From: the human T2T-CHM13v2.0 reference genome, Homo sapiens
Assembly: GCF_009914755.1 (NCBI RefSeq)
Contig: NC_060925.1
DNA: 64,000 bases
Reading direction: 5' to 3' (one strand)
Shown here: piece by piece, positions 57,353-64,000 of the stretch
Layout of the letters: every line of letters begins with the position of its first letter
How positions within the stretch are numbered: position 1 is the stretch's first letter
Made by a program: the position numbers and the translations under genes
Notes under the pieces: model-generated
Seen by the model: the letters and a program-made list of their open reading frames with translations, nothing else
Told to the model about the DNA's origin: nothing
Database searches by the model: none

Positions 57353-60159
57353 CAAATGATCGATGAACACCTACTATGTGCCAGGCACAGTGCTGGGTGC
57401 TGGCAATGCAGTGGTGAATGAGACAGGGACCTGGGTGCTTGCTCTAGGGAATGCCCTTAGGAGAAGCTCAGGGTATGTTTTTTTATTTGGAATGCTTGCT
57501 GATTCCCCTCCCAGGACCTCCAGAAAGAAGTGGTGGTTGCTTCAGCGGTCACTTGGTGATGACTGGCAGGTATATACCTGTGTAGCTGGCACATCTGGTG
57601 CCTGTGATCAGAGCCGAGCCATCCAGTCTGAGCTTTGTTTTTCCCAGTGCAGCAGTGGTTTCCTGCAGTAAGCTCCATCTTGGTTGTGCTGCCCTCCCCG
57701 CTGGGGTTGGGATAACAGCCTCCTGGGGACTGTGGCTAATCTCAGGAGAAGCAGAGACCCCAGGGAAAGACTCCTGTCTCCGTTGTGTGCACCTAGGATT
57801 AGATAGAACTGCCGCTAATGCAGTTAGGTAAAGGCAAGGGCCCTGGTTGCTGGGGAACCAGGAAGCACAGGGTGAGCTTCCCATCTGCTCTCAGTGAAGG
57901 ACGTCCTCACTGTCACCGCTTCCTAGGGCCAAAGGGGCCTCTGACAAAGCTAATGTGACCAAAGTCAAAATATGGGCTCCGAGAGTCAGCCAAACCCATT
58001 CAACTAACTGTGATCTTAGGCAAACCTCAAAGCTTCGGTTTCCCCATCTGTAAAAATTGGGGTACTAATCATATCTACCTCATTACCTTTTGGTGAGGGC
58101 AAAAATCAGACAATGCTGACGGTCACTGGCATGTCCTGAGTGTGCATGGTGAGTCGTCCATCAACAAGAGCTCAGATGACCATGTTCCAGGTGAGGAACC
58201 CGAGGCCCACCCTGGCCTTGATCAGAAATAACCACCCTGAATTCCTCAGTGCCTGAGTCTGGCATCGAAACTGGCTTCCCCGGCCTCCAGCACTAGGCCA
58301 CGAAGGAACCAGCTTCTTTCTCTCACTGGTGGTGGCCTGCTGTGCCCTGCTGGCTGGGTCCAGAGAGACAGAATGAGGAGGAGCTCAGGACCTGTTATCA
58401 GAGGCCAGAGGGCGGCTCTCCAGCTAGACTGCTAGCAGGACCGCAGTGATGGAATCACCTGAAGGTCTTCTTCAATTTCCTCATCTGTAAAATGCAGTGG
58501 CTTGACTGCCCCTTCCAGCCCTAAATTTGTTTTAGGAAGCCCACTGGAGGAAGCAGCGAGCAAGAAGGGAGCAGCGGAGGGAACATATCAATATGATGTA
58601 AGAATAATAGCTCCCATTTTGTAAGTCCTGACTGTATGCCCAGGACTGTGCTGGGATACACAGGGTCCAGAACATTATCCATTTTCTAGGGGCTCACGCA
58701 CTCATGAAACTGGTGATAGTGGTGGGGTGCAGTCGTTTGGGGTGGGTGGAGAGACATAATAACCGGAGGAATTAGAATTTGTTTTGGTACATGCCTTAAG
58801 AGAGATCTGCACAGTGACTTGTGGACCCCAGACGAGGCTGCCTGTGTGTGCAGAGCCTCGAATGCCATGCAGTGAAGGGAGGTTGGAACCCTGCATCCAG
58901 GGAAGCGGACTTTGTGGTTGGGAGGGCAGGTTCAGGAAGGTTCTGGTGGGAGGGTTGGCAGCCAGGCTGGTGCTCCAGAGGGCTGATGGATTACATTCTT
59001 CGAGTTAGAAATCATCAGAAGCCCCGCTGAGAGGGCTCTTGTGGCTTTGGAGCTATGCCGGAGGTTCCCTCTTGCAAGGGGAAAAATTGGCTGTGCCTTT
59101 AAGTGTTATCCTCCTGTCCTCTTGGTTTCCTAGTGTGGCAAGATTCAAATCCAAAGTATTTGCATTGAATTTGTTAATTTCAACCAGTGGTAGAATAGAA
59201 TAAGAAGTCTAAACAGCCATTTTTTCTTCCCTTGGAGGGTATGTTTTCTGACCTTTTAAGGAAAATCCTGTCGAAACCTTGAAAACTTGTGACTCTAGGT
59301 GCTGGATCTGACACTGGGTCAGGGACATATTGTGGACCTGCCGTGTGCTTGGGCCTGAGCTGAGCAAGCTCATGGAGTAAGCTCTCTTGAACTCTTAAGA
59401 TCGTGAAAATACAGTTCCAAGCCACAGAAGCCCTTTGGAGTGATTCTGAATGGTGGGAGGGCAGAGAGGCTTTGAATGCTGTTTGAACACTTAGACTGCT
59501 AAGTACTACTCTTCAAACACTTCACGTGCCTTAGATGGTCTAGTGCAAAGGATATGCAGGAACATAAAATATCTTGCCGCTACTGGAATAGCCTTATCTT
59601 CTGCCTCAATATTGATTTAGAACAATAGCTTGTTTTGAACTTTCTCCCCATAAATTAAATTTTAATTTAGAAAATGCCATTAGGGGAAACTTAGTATGTA
59701 AGTACAGAAGGTTTTGGAGATGGGGGTGGCTGCTCAGAAGGGAGTCTTTAGAGATGACAAAGGTAAAAGCATTACTCTAATCAGAACATTTCATTAAAAC
59801 CCCCATCAGACTAATCTGTCGACACATAGTATTTTGAGTATCTTTTGTTGGCAACATTCTGTGCTGGAAACTGGGAGAGAGAGAGTTTAGCTCTTGTCCT
59901 GTATGTATGTGCATATTTATATGTGTGTAGTATTGTCTTATATGGGAAAGGACGATGGGATTTTTTTTTTTCAGAAACATTTTTCCCTTCTACAAAGGAT
60001 GACATCAGGGCATAGCAGAAAGAGCTCTGGACTGAAAGTCAATAAACTTGAGTTTATCTCCTAGCCCTACCTCTAACTAGCTGTGTGGCCCCACACAAAA
60101 CACTTGCCTTCTCTGATCCTCAGGTTCTCATCTGCAAAGCAATAAGGTTGGACCAAGCC

Positions 60160-60300
60160 CTGTGTAGTGGCAGTGTCAACATCACCTGGGAGCTTGTTAG
60201 AAATGCAGAGTCTCAGGCTCCTCTCCAGAACTACTGGATCAGAAGCTGCATTTTAACATGATCCCAGGTGATTTATATGCAAATTAAAGAACCATGGCTT
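60160..60300. mobile_element. MER5A-like hAT-Charlie element
   Basis: CATCACCTGGGAGCTTGTTAGAAATGCAGAGTCTCAGGC...CTGCATTTTAACATGATCCCAGGTGATT. Confidence 0.75.
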
Positions 60301-62011
60301 TAAAGAACCATTCCTGCTCTAGTAATGTATTATTTTGTGTTTTTTTCCAAATGCATATTAAAATATAGTTACGAAGAATTTATCCAAGACTGCATCAAAC
60401 ATTCTACATAAAATGGGTGTATCATCTCTTACCCTTTAAAAGTTTGTACTTTGTGAGAAAAAAGGTTTAAAGGCAGAAACAGGCACAAGCAGTCGTACAT
60501 TCAGTTCCAGTGCTAGATATACATATTTCTTCCTTTTGCCTCCTTTGTGTTTTGGGCCTTGACAGTGTGGTAAGGGCAGCGGTGGAGAGAGGAGAGGAGG
60601 AGTTGCAGAGTCGAGGTGACTGAAGGTGGAAATGGCAATGCACCGAGCCCTGAGCTGGCAGGTGGTCCAGAGAGCAGCGGGCCCCAGCCCAGCTCCTCAG
60701 TATCATTGCAAGGGTTTTGAGAATCCAACATCATCGGTGATGAGAAAAATGTTTCACATTTTTCAAGCATATATGAAAGTGCTTTGATGAATTGAATAAC
60801 AATTCATAGTGATTTTTTGATGTTCTATATTTTTTCTAATTAATTGATTCTAGATGTTAAACCTATTAGATGGGAAGAGGACTCTAGTTCATTTTTGCAT
60901 TAAAAGGGTTCTTTCTTACTTGAAGCTGGTGGGAACTATTGGAAGAGGGCGTAATAATTAATAATGATGACAATAACTAACACATGCCGAGAACTTTCTA
61001 GGTGCCAGGCACTGTGCCTTGCAAAAAAGGACTTTGGGCATCTGTTAATTAATTTATGGATAAGGAAACCAAGGCTCAGAGTGGTGAAGTGACTTGCTCC
61101 CAGTCATCCTATGAGTAATTGGTGGATCCAGGCTAGAAACCCAGTGTCCTGGCTGTGGGGCCAGCTTTTTTTCTGCTGTGCCCGATTTTGTGGTTTGTCT
61201 CTCTGGTGCTCTGGAGTAGCATGTGTGGGAAGGCTGAACGGAGAGTCATGAATTTTCCCGAGTTCCTCCTCTGGGAATCACAGACTATCAGAGTCCGGAG
61301 GACTTTCAAAAGCATGCAGGCCACAAACTCCATTTACAGGTGAACACATCCAGCCCAGCAAGGGAAGGGAACTTGCTCAAGGTCAAACAATTAGTAGGGT
61401 TTATTTGTTCTGGTCTTCCTCTACCTGAAATTCAGCTCTATTTGAACAAGTGAAACAAGCCCTTCTATGAAAGCAAATGAACACGGTTTTGAATATTGTA
61501 TCTCAGGTTGCTGTGAGGGCTATATATATCTTTAAAAAGGATTCAGCATAGCCACTGGTAGTTGATAAACACTCAAATGATGTTTGTTATGGTTATCATT
61601 TTTACTAAGCTTCACATATTAAATTTAGGGACACCTTTGTTGTTGTTGTTTTAAAGCAGGACTGATTGTAGTCTTGTCTTTTTTTTTTTTTTTCCATGTT
61701 CTCTATCTTCAGGATAACCTTTGAGAGGACAGACGACCAAATTCCTTTTCACTAAATACTGCACCACATAATCATTGGAAGCCATATACTGGCAAGGGAG
61801 AAAGTTGCCCTTTTGAGAGGCTGCATTCTTCATCTTATGAGCCCATGCCATGCCAGCCAGCTCTCATTGAGCTGAGAAGCTATCTTTTTGGCAGTAGGTC
61901 TCCTGATCATGAAGATTTGAATGGAACAGACATTTTCTGAGACTCAGTCAGGCATTTTTCCACTCTGCATACAATTGTTACCAATCTAGAGAAGTAGGAA
62001 CTGGTTTAGAA

Positions 62012-62185
62012 TCAGAGCCAGCTTCATAGGTATGCAACCTGTGCAACTGCGCAGACCATCCACATTGGAGCCCCCTGGTTGATTTGACGCTCTGCAGGGA
62101 AATTGGAATTCTTGATATTATTTTCAATAAGACGCCCCACTTTTTTATTTTGCACTGGGCCCATCAACTTAAGTAGGTACTCTTG
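62012..62185 (+). mobile_element. MER91A-like hAT-Tip100 element
   Basis: CAGAGCCAGCTTCATAGGTATGCAACCTGTGCA...TTTTGCACTGGGCCCC. Confidence 0.65.
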
Positions 62186-63402
62186 GTTAGAATAATCTAG
62201 AACAGGACCAAGAGCCTGTGAGGAACAAGTCAGTGGGGGTTGCAGTTTTTGGGGGAGGAGGAGGAGGCCACAGACCTGACTCCTTGTGATGGGTCCTAGT
62301 ATTATACATGGGCTTGAGCCAGGCAGCATGCAGTCCGCTGCCATAGAGAGGAGGTAAGCAGGGTGGTTTGTTGTCTTGTCCACCCATCACTTTGCCTTGT
62401 AAGTATAGACAAGACACTAACTGCTCTGCATGTCTCCTTTGTATCCCCAGCCCTGATCACACATAGTACCCAGCACATAGTAATCACTTAACACATTGTG
62501 GCTATTTACTTTATTGCTGCTCTAAAGTAGTCCAGAGATGAACCATTATTCCAGGGGCTTTACATGTATTATCTCTAGTTTTTCTGACAGCCTTTCAAGG
62601 TAGACATGATCGTCCCTTCTTTACAGATGAGGCAACTGAGACTCAGAAACGTTAAGCAAAAGTATCTCTGGTTCATCTCTGGACTACTTTGAAAAAATAG
62701 ATGAAGTGTTGTGTGAGATGCATTATAAACTTTCCTATTTTTGGTGTCAGCACCATACTTTATATCTTGGCTATTCAGGGGCTTAACGTCAATTTCCCTG
62801 CTAGTAACCTCTTTCTTTTATTGATTCAACAGCTGGATTAACTTCCCCAGCATCATCATTTATTAGCCACGTAATCTTAAATACTTTTGCTTAATGTTTC
62901 TGAGTCTCATTTGCCTCATCTGTAAAGAAGAGATGATCATGTCTACCTTAAAAGGCTGCTAGGAAAACTAGAGATAATACATGTAAAGCCCCTGGAATAA
63001 TAGTGACTGGCACGTAGTAGGTGTTCAAGTCACTTTTCTTATTATAAAGTTGACATACAAACAGCTTTCATTGTGTCATTTCCCTTCCTCAAAAATATCT
63101 TCAATGGCTCCCCATTGCCATGGCCATGGTGGATCAAAGCTCATCATGATCTAGCCATAGCCTACATTGTCTGACTTCTCTCACCAGTGTTTAAAAACTT
63201 CTCCAATGCTAGCTGTGTCTTGTTCCCCAGGCCACTGGAACCTCCTTGGCGACAGAATTCCATGTTATCACTTGAGTGCCTAGGAGCATGCCTGTCATAG
63301 TGTCTGTATGGCTGGTTGCTAATCACAGTGTATTTCAGGAATATTGTGCAATTCTGCTTTTTTCCCATTTGTTTATAGCTCTTAGTTCCTTCAAATTGGA
63401 AA

Positions 63403-63651
63403 TGGATTATGGTTTTGCATTTGACTCAGGAAGAGGAAAAAAAACACCCATTTTTCCTCTCCTGTTTTTTTTTTTGTTTTTAAACAGCTAGTGTCACTCT
63501 TTTGGGATTATTTGTTTATATGTTTGTCTCTGTCTCTGGACTGTGAGGTCTGGGTGAGGAGGAATGGTGTTTAATTCTCATGTATATCTTCAGTGTTCAG
63601 CACATTGAGCCTGGCACAAATCAAAGAGACACTCATTAAATATTTGTCAAA
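63403..63651 (+). repeat. Copy 2 of the ~250-bp local direct duplication, within a longer L2 remnant (~63060-63660)
   Basis: See copy 1; L2-like sequence continues on both sides here. Confidence 0.93.
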
Positions 63652-64000
63652 CTGATGAATATTGGAAAGCTCAAGTTTTTATGGCAGACGAGGGAGACAG
63701 TGGGAGCTGCCTTTTTATTGGAAAAACATTGTTTATTAGATCTGTATGGATCATTTAGAAAATATGCAGTTGGTTATCTTTTATGGTCAAAGAAGAAAAT
63801 CAGTATAAAATGCTTAATTAAAAGCAGGAGCTAACATTTCCCCTAGTAACGAAGGCAGGCTTGTGAATATTTTCCTTTCCTTAGCTCAGGAGATGGGCAG
63901 GCAGCCAGGCTCAAAGATGGGGATGCTTCATAGACAGATGAGAAGGTTTGACTTAGGAGGACTGAGTCCCAGGGTTACCCTGGGTCCATTTTTGCTTTAA

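Overview
Human (primate) genomic DNA containing the promoter, CpG island and first coding exon of ROR1 (+ strand; ATG 38242, 91-nt coding exon ending at donor AG|GTAAGA, 38333). About 37.6 kb of repeat-dense upstream DNA (L1, Alu, MaLR/ERVL LTRs, Tigger1, MIR/L2/CR1) precedes it, and about 25.7 kb of intron 1 follows. Intron 1 carries an antisense LTR2-family solo LTR (4-bp TSD), three antisense Alus, an antisense RPL19 processed pseudogene (14-bp TSD, 1-nt frameshift) and a ~250-bp segment duplicated 10 kb apart. I found no tRNA, rRNA, CRISPR array or other credible protein-coding gene, and I cannot support a genuinely new multi-gene system. The best leads are: (1) a possible translational control module in the ROR1 leader (overlapping uAUG ORF plus an in-frame strong-context CUG); (2) the duplicated intronic cassette with poison-exon-like splice signals; (3) the antisense LTR, which has lost its poly(A) signal and points at the ROR1 promoter; (4) a double-inversion rearrangement next to a 198-nt pure pyrimidine tract. 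Repeat subfamily names come from recalled consensus sequences and boundaries without a TSD are approximate. Many small MIR/L2 fragments are not itemised.
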